From the sequence record SRR20825010_80: 63,135 bases of DNA, one strand, 5' to 3'. The translations under genes were made by a program, and so were the position numbers. The notes beneath the pieces were generated by a model, which saw only the letters and a list, made by a program, of their open reading frames with translations, did not search any database and had not been told where the DNA came from. Positions 20,085 through 30,321 of this stretch are shown piece after piece (positions within the stretch are counted from its first letter, which is position 1; every line of letters starts with the position of its first letter).

Positions 20085-20756
20085 ATGCAAAAATACGCCA
20101 TCATAGTAGCTGGGGGGAGTGGTACCCGAATGAAGTCTGATATTCCTAAGCAGTTTATTGATATTGGCGGCAAGCCCATTCTGATGCACACCATCGAAGC
20201 TTACGTTTCGGCCTTTGCAAGTTTAAAGCTAATTTTAGTGCTGCCCGAAATTCAAGTTCCGTTTTGGAGAGGGCTTTGTGAAAAGCATAAATTTACCATC
20301 AAGCACCAAATCGTAAATGGAGGCAACAGCCGTTTTCAATCGGTGAAAAATGGGCTCAACGCCATTCACGGAAATGGTTTGGTAGCGATTCATGATGGAG
20401 TCCGTCCTTTTGTTTCCACCGAAATCATTAAAGAATCTTTTAAAGTAGCCGCAGAAAAAGGAAATGCAGTAACCAGTGTTCTGCTAAAAGACTCCATTCG
20501 ATTTATAGAGGGCGACAACAACAAAGTGGTTGACAGAAACCAATACCAACTCATTCAAACCCCTCAAACTTTTCAAATCGAACTCATTAAAAAGGCCTTT
20601 GAAGTAAAAGAAGACCATGCATTTACCGATGACGCCTCAGTATTAGAGCGCATGGGTGAAAAAATTAATTTGATTGAGGGAGACTACAAGAACATCAAAA
20701 TCACCACAGCTGAAGATTTATTGATGGCCGAAGCTTTTCTAGCGGCACAAAACTAG
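20085..20756 (+). CDS. ispD: 2-C-methyl-D-erythritol 4-phosphate cytidylyltransferase
   Basis: AGGSGTRM..PKQF, HDGVRPF, QTPQTF, TDDA, NIKITT. Confidence 0.93.
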   Translation: MQKYAIIVAGGSGTRMKSDIPKQFIDIGGKPILMHTIEAYVSAFASLKLILVLPEIQVPFWRGLCEKHKFTIKHQIVNGGNSRFQSVKNGLNAIHGNGLVAIHDGVRPFVSTEIIKESFKVAAEKGNAVTSVLLKDSIRFIEGDNNKVVDRNQYQLIQTPQTFQIELIKKAFEVKEDHAFTDDASVLERMGEKINLIEGDYKNIKITTAEDLLMAEAFLAAQN

Positions 20757-20804
20757 ATTGAATTGCATCAGAAAATTCTTAACTTATTGCCTTAATTTTT
20801 TGAT

Positions 20805-21581
20805 GTGAAGCACTCCAAACTAACACTACTACTCGCCATTATTTTCATTGCTTCTTCTTGCCAAAAGGAAGAGGAATGGATCGAATTATTTAACGGCAAG
20901 GACTTAACAGGCTGGACACCCAAAATTCGGGGCTACGAGGCTGGTGACAATTTCGGAAATACTTTTAGGGTAGAGGACGGAATGATCACTGTGGGCTATG
21001 ACGAATATGACACCTTCAACAATCGTTTTGGCATACTCATTTATGAGAAACCCTTTTCAGAATACTTATTACACATTGAATACCGATTTATTGGTGATCA
21101 AGCCAATGGCGGAGAAGGCTGGGCCACCAGAAACAGCGGTGTAATGCTTCATTCTCAATCGGCTGAAAGCATGGGTCTCAACCAAGACTTCCCGATTTCA
21201 CTAGAAGCGCAGTTTTTAGGCGGCTTAGGAAACGGGCCTCGTCCAACTGGCAACCTTTGTACCCCAGGCACTCATGTTGAAATAGATGGTAAACTGATTA
21301 CTAGACATTGCCAAACCATTGAAGGACCTACGTTCGATGGCGACCAGTGGGTTAGCATTGATTTGTTGGTGATGGGCGATGAATACATTGCGCATATCGT
21401 AGAAGGCGACACCGTGATCCATTATTCCAAACCTGTTGTGGGCGATGGAATGGTTTCTGGCTTTAAACCTGAAGCGAAAGTAAATGGCACTCCACTGACC
21501 AAGGGTTACATCGGGCTTCAAAGCGAAAGTCACCCTATTCAATTCCGAAAAGTGCTCATCAAAGATTTATCGAAAGATTAA
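20805..21581 (+). CDS. DUF1080 (3-keto-disaccharide hydrolase-like) lipoprotein
   Basis: Lipobox ASSC, LFNGKDLTGW, NSG, GYIGLQSE, FRKV. Confidence 0.88.
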   Translation: MKHSKLTLLLAIIFIASSCQKEEEWIELFNGKDLTGWTPKIRGYEAGDNFGNTFRVEDGMITVGYDEYDTFNNRFGILIYEKPFSEYLLHIEYRFIGDQANGGEGWATRNSGVMLHSQSAESMGLNQDFPISLEAQFLGGLGNGPRPTGNLCTPGTHVEIDGKLITRHCQTIEGPTFDGDQWVSIDLLVMGDEYIAHIVEGDTVIHYSKPVVGDGMVSGFKPEAKVNGTPLTKGYIGLQSESHPIQFRKVLIKDLSKD

Positions 21582-21613
21582 TACCTTGTACTACTCAATC
21601 TAATATACTGACT

Positions 21614-22852
21614 ATGAATACAACCAATTCTGGCATCACCACGCGCCTCAGCATAATGATGTTTCTACAATTTTTTATCTGGGGTGGCTGGTTTGTTACC
21701 CTTGGCACTTTTTTAGGCAATAACATTAATGCCACAGATGGTCAAATTGCCCAAGCTTTTTCAACTCAATCTTGGGGAGCGATCATTGCCCCTTTCATCA
21801 TTGGCTTAATTGCTGACCGTTATTTCAATGCTGAAAAAATCCTAGGACTTCTACATTTGGCAGGAGCTGTATTGATGTATTTAATGGCAGAAACGACCGA
21901 ATTCGATGTTTTCTATCCTTACGTACTCGGTTATATGGTGTTATACATGCCCACATTGGCTTTAGTGAATTCAGTGGCATTCAGAACCATGAGTGACCCT
22001 TCAAAGCAATTTTCAAGAATTAGAGTTTGGGGAACAATTGGGTGGATTCTAGCGGGTCTAGTAATCAGCTTTATTTTCTCGTGGGACTCACAAGAGTCTA
22101 TTGCTTCGGGTATGCTGAAAAACACTTTCCTAATGACCGCAATTGCATCGGCAATTTTAGGATTCTTTAGTTTCACTTTACCTAAAACCCCTCCACGTGT
22201 AGTAAAAGGAGAGAAAATAACTTTCAAAGAAATTTTAGGACTAGATGCGCTGAAGTTATTGACTAATAAGAACTTCGCTGTATTCTTCTTTTCTTCAGTA
22301 CTCATCTGTATTCCTTTGGCTTTCTATTATCAAAATGCCAATCCGTTTTTAGCAGAAATTGGAGTAAGTAACCCTACTGGAAAAATGACCATTGGGCAAA
22401 TCTCGGAAGTGCTGTTTATGCTCCTACTTCCTATTTTCCTTAAGAAATACGGAATCAAGAAGACCCTGCTTTTCGGAATGTTAGCTTGGGCATTACGTTA
22501 TGTGCTCTTTGCTTTTGGTAACTCAGATGAACTCGTTGTGATGCTGATTACTGGAATTGCCTTACATGGTATTTGCTACGATTTCTTCTTTGTTTCGGGT
22601 CAAATCTATACCGACTCAAAAGCAGGTGAGAAATTCAAGAGTTCTGCACAAGGCCTTATTACCTTAGCCACCTATGGTGTAGGTATGCTCATCGGTTTTT
22701 GGGTCGCTGGCCAAATCTCAGAATTCTATACCGCTGGCGATGTTCATGAGTGGAAGAACATTTGGTTACTCCCAGCCGGTTTCGCAGTATTGGTATTCCT
22801 GATTTTTGCAGCCACTTTCAAAAACGAAGAAATACACTACGAAGAAAAATGA
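21614..22852 (+). CDS. NupG-like MFS permease (nucleoside:H+ symporter family)
   Basis: MMFLQFFIWG, IRVWGTIGW, LHGICYDFFFV. Confidence 0.9.
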   Translation: MNTTNSGITTRLSIMMFLQFFIWGGWFVTLGTFLGNNINATDGQIAQAFSTQSWGAIIAPFIIGLIADRYFNAEKILGLLHLAGAVLMYLMAETTEFDVFYPYVLGYMVLYMPTLALVNSVAFRTMSDPSKQFSRIRVWGTIGWILAGLVISFIFSWDSQESIASGMLKNTFLMTAIASAILGFFSFTLPKTPPRVVKGEKITFKEILGLDALKLLTNKNFAVFFFSSVLICIPLAFYYQNANPFLAEIGVSNPTGKMTIGQISEVLFMLLLPIFLKKYGIKKTLLFGMLAWALRYVLFAFGNSDELVVMLITGIALHGICYDFFFVSGQIYTDSKAGEKFKSSAQGLITLATYGVGMLIGFWVAGQISEFYTAGDVHEWKNIWLLPAGFAVLVFLIFAATFKNEEIHYEEK

Positions 22853-24006
22853 GTCAAAACAAAATTAAGCTAGGGATGATTGGGGGCGGAAGCAGCTCCT
22901 TTATAGGAATTGTGCACCGAATCGCTGCCTACATGGGTGAAAACTACACCTTGGTGGGTGGCGCTTTCGATACTGACCACCAAAAAGCAATTGATTTTGC
23001 GAATACACTAGACCTCGATCTTTCTAGGTGTTATGCGAATATTGATGCTTTTATTGAAGGCGAAAACAGCTTACCAAAGTCTGAGAGAATTGAAGTGGTT
23101 GTGATTGTCACTCCCAACTTCCTTCACTACACCATGGCCAAGCAATTAATTGAAACAGGCTTCCATGTCATTTGTGAAAAGCCTGTCACCAACACTGCCG
23201 CTGAAGCCATTGAGTTAGAGCAATTAGTAGACAAACATAAAGTAGTTTTTGCCTTAACACATACTTACACGGGCTACCCCATGGTACGCCAAATGAAAAC
23301 CATGATTGCTGAAGGCATGATTGGCGACATCCAAAAAGTAGATGCACAATATTACCAAGGCTGGATTAATCCTGTCATCCACGATAAAGAAAAGCGCAAA
23401 AGCGTTTGGCGATTAGACCCTGAAAAAGCGGGCCAAAGCTGTTGTATGGGTGATATTGGTGTGCATGCATTTAACATGATAGAGTACACCACGGGTTTAA
23501 AAACCACCAAAGTTCTCTCAGACTTAAACACCTTATATAATGACAATACTCTAGATATTGACGGAACAGCTTTATTGCGTTTTGAAAATGGAATTCGAGG
23601 TATTGTTAGGGCTAGTCAAATTGCTACAGGGGAAGAAAACAATCTCAAAATTGCGGTTTATGGTAGGACAGGAGCGCTGAAATGGGAACAAGAAAATCCG
23701 AACTTTCTTTATTTTTTACAAGAAGATAAGCCAGTACAGGTTTTTAAACCGGGACACGTTTATAATAGTGATTTCGCTAAAGAAAGCACAAAAATGGCAC
23801 CTGGCCATCCAGAAGGAATTTTCGATTCCATGGCCAATATTTACAACGGAGCAGCCAAGGCCATTCGAGGTGAAGAATATCAGAAAGGCGCTTTCCCTAC
23901 CATTCATGATGGGGTAAGAGGAATGAAATTTATTGAAGCGGTTTTGGAGTCTACCCAAAACGGAAACAGTTGGACAGAAATAGTGGATGAGCATGAAGAC
24001 AATTAA
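22849..24006 (+). CDS. Gfo/Idh/MocA NAD-dependent oxidoreductase
   Basis: GMIGGG, TPNFLH, CEKP, GDIGVH; ATGA overlap with the permease stop sets the start at 22849. Confidence 0.92.
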   Translation: MSQNKIKLGMIGGGSSSFIGIVHRIAAYMGENYTLVGGAFDTDHQKAIDFANTLDLDLSRCYANIDAFIEGENSLPKSERIEVVVIVTPNFLHYTMAKQLIETGFHVICEKPVTNTAAEAIELEQLVDKHKVVFALTHTYTGYPMVRQMKTMIAEGMIGDIQKVDAQYYQGWINPVIHDKEKRKSVWRLDPEKAGQSCCMGDIGVHAFNMIEYTTGLKTTKVLSDLNTLYNDNTLDIDGTALLRFENGIRGIVRASQIATGEENNLKIAVYGRTGALKWEQENPNFLYFLQEDKPVQVFKPGHVYNSDFAKESTKMAPGHPEGIFDSMANIYNGAAKAIRGEEYQKGAFPTIHDGVRGMKFIEAVLESTQNGNSWTEIVDEHEDN

Positions 24007-25042
24007 AGGACCCGCCATTTTTTTGGCGCAATTTGCAGACGACACAGCCCCTTTCAATTCTTTAGATAGCATTGCGAAATGGGCAAGTAATTTAGGTTAT
24101 AAAGCCGTTCAAATCCCTACTTGGGATGCTCGCTTGATTGACCTTGACAAAGCAGCCGAAAGCAAAACTTATTGCGATGAGCTGAAAGGCACTTTGGCCA
24201 ATCATGGTTTAGAAGTCAGTGAGCTTTCTACCCACTTACAAGGTCAATTGGTGGCCGTCCACCCTGCTTATGAAGAACTCTTTAAGGGTTTTGCACCAAA
24301 AGGAATGAACGCCAAACAGCGGAACCTTTGGGCCATAGATCAAGTGAAAAAAGCGGCTGTTGCCTCTAAGAATTTGGGTTTAAAAGTTCATGCCTCATTT
24401 TCAGGCGCTTTGCTTTGGCCCTATTTCTATAATTGGCCGCAACGCCCCGCTGGTTTAATCGAAAAAGGCTTTTCAGAATTGGCCAACCGATGGCTGCCCA
24501 TTCTTAATCATTTTGACGAAAACGGAGTCGATCTTTGCTATGAAGTACACGCAGGGGAAGATCTTCACGATGGCATCAGCTTCGAAATGTTTTATGAGGC
24601 TACCGGTAAACACAACCGAGTAAAAATGCTTTATGATCCCTCCCACTTTGTGCTTCAGCAATTGGATTACTTGACTTACATCGACCATTACCATGAGTTC
24701 ATTGGCATGTTCCATGTGAAAGATGCCGAGTTTAATCCAACAGGAAAATCGGGAGTCTATGGCGGTTATCAAGATTGGAGAGAACGCCCAGGGCGATTCC
24801 GTTCCATTGGTGATGGCCAAGTAGATTTCCAAAGCATTTTCTCAAAACTAACCCAACATGGCTATGATGGCTGGGCAGTATTGGAATGGGAATGCTGCAT
24901 TAAATCACCTGAGCAAGGCGCAAGAGAAGGCGCTCAATACATTGATCAATTCATTATTGAAGCCACAGAAAAAAACTTCGATGACTTCGCAGATTCTGGA
25001 ATTAACGATGAAGAATTTAAAAAACTATTAGGCCTAGACTAA
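23993..25042 (+). CDS. Sugar phosphate isomerase/epimerase (xylose isomerase-like TIM barrel)
   Basis: GPAIFLAQF, YEVH, DPSH, FHVKDAE, LEWE. Confidence 0.9.
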   Translation: MKTIKGPAIFLAQFADDTAPFNSLDSIAKWASNLGYKAVQIPTWDARLIDLDKAAESKTYCDELKGTLANHGLEVSELSTHLQGQLVAVHPAYEELFKGFAPKGMNAKQRNLWAIDQVKKAAVASKNLGLKVHASFSGALLWPYFYNWPQRPAGLIEKGFSELANRWLPILNHFDENGVDLCYEVHAGEDLHDGISFEMFYEATGKHNRVKMLYDPSHFVLQQLDYLTYIDHYHEFIGMFHVKDAEFNPTGKSGVYGGYQDWRERPGRFRSIGDGQVDFQSIFSKLTQHGYDGWAVLEWECCIKSPEQGAREGAQYIDQFIIEATEKNFDDFADSGINDEEFKKLLGLD

Positions 25043-25043
25043 G

Positions 25044-25850
25044 ATGAAAAGAACCCAAACCAACACTCCTTATCCTATTTTGGCTTTTTCTCAAAAATGG
25101 ATTACCAAAGCATTTGTAGGAACACATGCCCTTGCAGTGATCATCTTTTTATTGGCAGAAATGTCGGCTTCCGCCCAAATCACAGACCCAAAAGCGACTG
25201 AAGTATGGGATCCCGTTCCTCAAAAAGTGAACCCTTCAAAAAATGGAGGTGCACCTTCGGATGCGATTGTTTTGTTCAATGGTTCAAACCTAAATGAATG
25301 GAAATCGAGAAACGAGGACAAACCAGCGGGTTGGAAAGTGGAAAACGGTTACATGGAAGTAACAAGGGGCACTGGTGACATTATGACAAAAAAGGCATTT
25401 GGTGATATCCAATTACACATTGAATGGAGTTCTCCTACCGAAATTGTAGGTGAAGGACAAGGCCGAGGAAACTCAGGCGTTTTCTTACAAGAGCGCTATG
25501 AGGTGCAAATTTTAGACAGTTATATAAGCAAAACCTACTCGAATGGACAAGCGGGTTCTATCTACAAGCAAAGCATTCCGCTAGTCAATGCTACCGCTGC
25601 ACCAGGTGAATGGAATGTTTATGACATCATCTATAAAGCTCCGCAGTTCAATAAAGATGGGATTAAAGTAGCGGATGGCTATGTTACCGTAATCCACAAT
25701 GGCGTAGTGATTCAAAATAACCAAAGACTTTTAGGCACTACAGAATACATTGGTTTTCCTAAAAACCCGGCACATGGGGATGGCGCCATTATTCTTCAAG
25801 ACCACGGAAATCCAGTAAGATTCCGAAATATTTGGTTGAGGGAGTTGTAA
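25044..25850 (+). CDS. DUF1080 (3-keto-disaccharide hydrolase-like) protein
   Basis: PSDAIVLFNG, GNSGVF, LQDHGNPVRFRNIW. Confidence 0.9.
   Translation: MKRTQTNTPYPILAFSQKWITKAFVGTHALAVIIFLLAEMSASAQITDPKATEVWDPVPQKVNPSKNGGAPSDAIVLFNGSNLNEWKSRNEDKPAGWKVENGYMEVTRGTGDIMTKKAFGDIQLHIEWSSPTEIVGEGQGRGNSGVFLQERYEVQILDSYISKTYSNGQAGSIYKQSIPLVNATAAPGEWNVYDIIYKAPQFNKDGIKVADGYVTVIHNGVVIQNNQRLLGTTEYIGFPKNPAHGDGAIILQDHGNPVRFRNIWLREL
25821..25850 (+). repeat. Direct repeat copy 1 (last 10 codons of the DUF1080 gene)
   Basis: TTCCGAAATATTTGGTTGAGGGAGTTGTAA, 27/30 identical to 27331..27360. Confidence 0.9.
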
Positions 25851-25860
25851 GAACCCCTTA

Positions 25861-27273
25861 CTAATTCAAATTAACATTTTTCATGAACTCTACACGGTCT
25901 ATGTATTGATGAAGCTCAAGAAGGTCATCTTGCATCATAGAGTTCGGCCGGATGAATAGCTGATCAAAAATTTTATCAAAATTATGAGTTGTGTCACTTT
26001 CATCAAAATCATATTTGGTGGTTAATAATTTAGACCTTCCAATATTATCTTTGGTTATAGGGAATTTATAATTCTGATTTACTTTTTCATACTCGAGTAG
26101 ATAGCTTTGGACAGTTATAGCAAAAGCAGTATTTATAACTTGCCCATGGCTCGGATCTTTCACATCTGGAAATATAGATTCCAGTTTCTTTAGTAGTTCC
26201 TCTGGTTTATACTTGATTTCCTTAACATCCAGATAAGTCGATGGATGTTTCATTTTTAAAATTAATAGAATAATCATGATCTGGGGATAAGTTCGATAAT
26301 CATGAGAGAATGTCGTCTGAACAATACGAGATTGCGCAAAAATTCTATGCTGGGTTCTTAATGAAAAATTAAAATAATGAAAGAGATGAGCTGTTACTTC
26401 CATCATGTTTCTCCGATCATCTCCCATGCCTAGTCCTTCCCTACTTTTATGCTCATAAAATTCATCGAATCCATAGTATTTATAAAGATGTTTAGCATAA
26501 CGTTCTAGCGGTGGTTTAGGGAGAACAAACTCTAAGTCAAAAATCCTTTCTAGGTAGTTCTTCCCATCCAAATCATCACTTCCATAATAACCTTTAATTG
26601 AATTGGCTAACTGCTCTTTATCAGTCGCAATAACGAATACAATGCCCTTAACCGAAAAGAGGTGCTTAATGAGTTCAAGTACATCTACAGCATAACTCGG
26701 TTTGCACCTATCCAATTCATCAATAAAAAAAACAATAGGCTTATTCTCAATTGATTGTGTGTACTCAGTGAGAGCTTTTTTAAACTGCTCAAAGGTTTTT
26801 TGCTTCTCTTCAAAATTACTGATTGCTCGATCCATTATTTCCTTCCCCTCATCTAACCCTAACTTAGCTAGGTCCTTCGTGAACCCATTTCCCAATTTGT
26901 GATCAATTACTGCCGAACCAATTGAGAACAGAGCTCTACCTGCATTTTTGATTAGGTTGCTTCTTAGCTTATGATTAGCACCGGCAATTGAGGATAACTT
27001 TGATATTAAGGCTGGCAAAACTTCATTCTGATAATCATTTTCCCAAGCATTAAAGTTGAGTGTGGTGATACTCTGATTCTTCAAGTATTGATCCCACATT
27101 TTGATAAATGTAGTTTTACCTGCTCCCCATTGGCCATCAATAGAAAGCACCAGACCATCGCTGAATTTGGTTATAATCTTAGTAAGGTTCTTAGCGTACT
27201 TTTCACGATCAAGGAGGTCGTTTTTGAAAGGAGTATCATCCGGAATTACTACTTCAAAGTTTTTTATTTGCAT
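25861..27273 (-). CDS. KAP-family P-loop NTPase (soluble)
   Basis: DLLDR, GQWGAGKT, FFIDELDRC, YLERIFD; no TM helices. Confidence 0.9.
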   Translation of the reverse strand: MQIKNFEVVIPDDTPFKNDLLDREKYAKNLTKIITKFSDGLVLSIDGQWGAGKTTFIKMWDQYLKNQSITTLNFNAWENDYQNEVLPALISKLSSIAGANHKLRSNLIKNAGRALFSIGSAVIDHKLGNGFTKDLAKLGLDEGKEIMDRAISNFEEKQKTFEQFKKALTEYTQSIENKPIVFFIDELDRCKPSYAVDVLELIKHLFSVKGIVFVIATDKEQLANSIKGYYGSDDLDGKNYLERIFDLEFVLPKPPLERYAKHLYKYYGFDEFYEHKSREGLGMGDDRRNMMEVTAHLFHYFNFSLRTQHRIFAQSRIVQTTFSHDYRTYPQIMIILLILKMKHPSTYLDVKEIKYKPEELLKKLESIFPDVKDPSHGQVINTAFAITVQSYLLEYEKVNQNYKFPITKDNIGRSKLLTTKYDFDESDTTHNFDKIFDQLFIRPNSMMQDDLLELHQYIDRVEFMKNVNLN

Positions 27274-27330
27274 GTCCTGTTCTATTTATTAGCAATAATA
27301 AATCTTTCTATTTTAATACTTTCTATTCTA

Positions 27331-27360
27331 TTCAGAAACATTTGGTTGAGGGAATTGTAA
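27331..27360 (+). repeat. Direct repeat copy 2 (displaced DUF1080 3' end)
   Basis: TTCAGAAACATTTGGTTGAGGGAATTGTAA still encodes FRNIWLREL*. Confidence 0.9.
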
Positions 27361-27649
27361 AAATTGAGGACATCTTCGTTAGAAAATGCCCTCTGGTTGA
27401 CTGGTTGAGGATGTCCTGTCAAACACCTCGACTCCCTACTCTCACACTACTAAGAATAGTTTTCTTTAAAAAATTGATTTAACCAAGATTGAGACGAGAA
27501 CGGTAATAAATAAAAGCAGTTCAAAATGGGTGTTAATGATTTTTAGTATACTCCCAAATGGAAAATGTTGTCTGTTTAACTCCTTTATAACCTGACGATC
27601 TCCATCTTTCTTGGTGGTAAAAATTGTATGTGATTCTGTCATGATGTAA

Positions 27650-27865
27650 TTATTGAATTATCCCTGTACGAATACACCTCACAACTAAATCCGTTGTGTT
27701 TCGTGCTTCTGATTTTCTTAAAATATTTTTTCTGTGAGTTTTCACTGTATCAATTGACACAAATAACTCGTCAGCAATTTCTTTTGCGCTATTCCCTTCA
27801 GCCAGAAGGTTAATGATCTCGAATTCCCTAGCCGTGAAATCCAGACGTAGTTCTAGGTGATGCAT
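27650..27865 (-). CDS. Stand-alone LuxR/GerE-type HTH protein
   Basis: FTAREFEII.LLAEG.SAKEIADELFVSIDTVKTHRKNI. Confidence 0.85.
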   Translation of the reverse strand: MHHLELRLDFTAREFEIINLLAEGNSAKEIADELFVSIDTVKTHRKNILRKSEARNTTDLVVRCIRTGIIQ

Positions 27866-28078
27866 AAGTCTCTGTTTTTAGTCAAGTCAAAGTACATCAA
27901 ACTACCGCCCAGTTCTCTCAAGGTTTTAGACTGAAAAAAAAACTAGTGGTTTTCCGCCAGACGAAGTTTATATTGTGATCAGGAATGGTTTTATCTTGTA
28001 TCTATGACAAAGTATATGGATGCATATTTTGTAAGAAACATTCCTTGAAGCATTCAAAATCAATCAAAACAATTCAAC

Positions 28079-28567
28079 ATGAAAGATCCAAAAACAACAA
28101 AGATCCCAATGGGCTATGAAATGGAAACATTCATGGGTCTACCCAAGGACGTTATTACCCACATGCCTTTTATTATTTTCGCGCCCAACAGACCCGTCAT
28201 TGGGAAGGAAGTTTATATTCCGATGCACTTTCTATACATCTTCAAAAACCTGAATGTTTATAGCCAAGGCGGCTACGAAAACGGTCATGTTTTTGACAAA
28301 ATGCCACCAAATTCAACCTTAACTTTTAAATCGAACTTCAAAAAAGATGTCGGCTATTCTGTCATAAGAGCAACTTATTATTTCAATGTGAAGCTTGGAA
28401 GTAAAACACTCAAATTCAATATGAAGATCAGCGAGGCAGATAAAATTGAATATAATTTAGCCAACAGAGACAATAGACTCCCTCTAGCGGGCGACTCTAC
28501 CTTGGCATTTATGCCTGAGTTCTTCACTAAAGAGTGTGATACTACAATACCACCACCGACTACTTAA
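28079..28567 (+). CDS. Hypothetical protein coupled to TPR histidine kinase
   Basis: 162-aa ORF, A-rich initiation region, TAATG stop/start overlap with the next gene. Confidence 0.75.
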   Translation: MKDPKTTKIPMGYEMETFMGLPKDVITHMPFIIFAPNRPVIGKEVYIPMHFLYIFKNLNVYSQGGYENGHVFDKMPPNSTLTFKSNFKKDVGYSVIRATYYFNVKLGSKTLKFNMKISEADKIEYNLANRDNRLPLAGDSTLAFMPEFFTKECDTTIPPPTT

Positions 28568-30321
28568 TGCTTAGGTCTATAATTGCTGTACTTATAGGTG
28601 CAATCACTTTGTTGATAACACCTCATTTTACTTTTGGGCAATCGTCAAAAATCGATAGCCTTAAGCAAGCCTATGTTCAACATAATAAACCAAGTACCGC
28701 AATTTTACTAGTAGAAACACTGGTACTAACAAATATTGATTCTGCTTCATATTATTTGAGAAAGTTGGACGGAACCTCACTCAAGAAAAATGATAGAGTA
28801 TACTACCTAAAAGCTAAAGGCCGATATTTGACCATTATGTCCAATTATGATAGTGCGGTAACAACTTATACATCGCTGCTTAAGGACATTGAAAACGAAA
28901 CTCAATATGCAAAAATTGAAGGGGACGTTCTGGACAACATAGGCACCATTTACCTTAACCTTCAGGAGAATAACCAAGCTCTTGATTTTTTCAACCGCGC
29001 CAGAAGGATCCGAGAAAAAAACGGCATTGACGCTGACATGCTAAAATCTTACTACTCTATCGGTAACCTACTCTTCAAAACACAAAGAAGTAATGAAGCA
29101 ATAAAAAACTACCGTAAGGCCATTTCCTTGATAGAAAGTGATACTGATTCAACCTTTATTGCGAACATAAATTACATGATGGGATCGGCCTACGTAATCT
29201 TGGACAACCCCGATAGCGCCATCCACTTTTTACAGAAAGCCAAAGTTATTTATGACCAGACCCATCAGGTCATATCCCAAATCAATACAGCCAATTCAAT
29301 TGCCCAAGCCATGATAAGCGAACAACGCTTTTCTGAAGCCATTCCGCTTTTGGAGAACAATATCAAGCTACTAAAATCTAACGGAGATTGGCAAAAATAT
29401 ATGGCAGTCTACTCGCGACTATCCCAAGCCTATGAGGGTTTAGAAGATTACCAAAAAGCCCTCTCCTATCAAAAGCTTCGTTACGACACTGTAGTAGGCT
29501 TTTTAGCGAATCAAAGGACAGAGTCTGTAGTCAAAATTACTGAGGATTACAGAACCGATAAACAACTAGACGAAGCCGAAGAAACGGCTGTTTGGGCAAC
29601 CCAAAAGGCCAAAGTTCTTGGCGGAATTGCGGTTGGCTTAATTATGCTTTTAATCATTAGCTACCTCCTTTTCTCAAGAGCCATTCAACGCAAAAAATTA
29701 GAGAACTTAAGGGCCATGATTTTGGGTGAAGAAAACGAAAGAAAGCGAGTGGCCAAAGATTTACATGACGGAATCGGTGTTCTGCTTACCAGCGTAAAAA
29801 TGCGATTGAGTAATTTTGAAGACAAGGTAGAGGACAAAGAAGCTTTTCAGAGTTCTTTGGGGCAAATTGATAATGCCTGTTCTGAAGTACGCAGAATTTC
29901 GCACAATATGGTGCCTGCCAGCTTAAGCAAATTGGGCTTAGAAGAGGCTATGCTAGACCTTTTTGATAATGTAACAGCATCTACTCAAATAGAAATTAAA
30001 GAAAAACTGAGTTATGAACATGGCGATTTTGAAGAATCCAGTGAGGTACTTCTTTATCGAGTGATTCAGGAATTAGTGAACAATACGCTCAAATATGCCC
30101 AAGCCTCTAGCATTCAAGTTGAAATGAAAAAACTGAAGGAAGAATATATAATTGAATACAAAGACAACGGAATTGGCTTTGATAAAACGAAAATTAAGAA
30201 TGGATTGGGCCTCAAGAGCATCGCTTCGCGAATCGATATTTTGAAAGGGAGGCTCACATTTGATAGTATAGATGGAAAAGGCGTAAGCTTCAGAATAAAC
30301 ATCCCATTGCAGCATGGATAA
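28567..30321 (+). CDS. TPR-containing sensor histidine kinase (HisKA_3)
   Basis: Signal peptide, periplasmic TPRs, one TM, ERKRVAKDLHD, QELVNN, DNGIGF, GLGL. Confidence 0.92.
   Translation: MLRSIIAVLIGAITLLITPHFTFGQSSKIDSLKQAYVQHNKPSTAILLVETLVLTNIDSASYYLRKLDGTSLKKNDRVYYLKAKGRYLTIMSNYDSAVTTYTSLLKDIENETQYAKIEGDVLDNIGTIYLNLQENNQALDFFNRARRIREKNGIDADMLKSYYSIGNLLFKTQRSNEAIKNYRKAISLIESDTDSTFIANINYMMGSAYVILDNPDSAIHFLQKAKVIYDQTHQVISQINTANSIAQAMISEQRFSEAIPLLENNIKLLKSNGDWQKYMAVYSRLSQAYEGLEDYQKALSYQKLRYDTVVGFLANQRTESVVKITEDYRTDKQLDEAEETAVWATQKAKVLGGIAVGLIMLLIISYLLFSRAIQRKKLENLRAMILGEENERKRVAKDLHDGIGVLLTSVKMRLSNFEDKVEDKEAFQSSLGQIDNACSEVRRISHNMVPASLSKLGLEEAMLDLFDNVTASTQIEIKEKLSYEHGDFEESSEVLLYRVIQELVNNTLKYAQASSIQVEMKKLKEEYIIEYKDNGIGFDKTKIKNGLGLKSIASRIDILKGRLTFDSIDGKGVSFRINIPLQHG

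Noticed and set aside
27088-27360. 90-aa plus-strand ORF ending FRNIWLREL
   Set aside because: Antisense to the KAP gene; its tail is just the duplicated DUF1080 end, not a real paralog.
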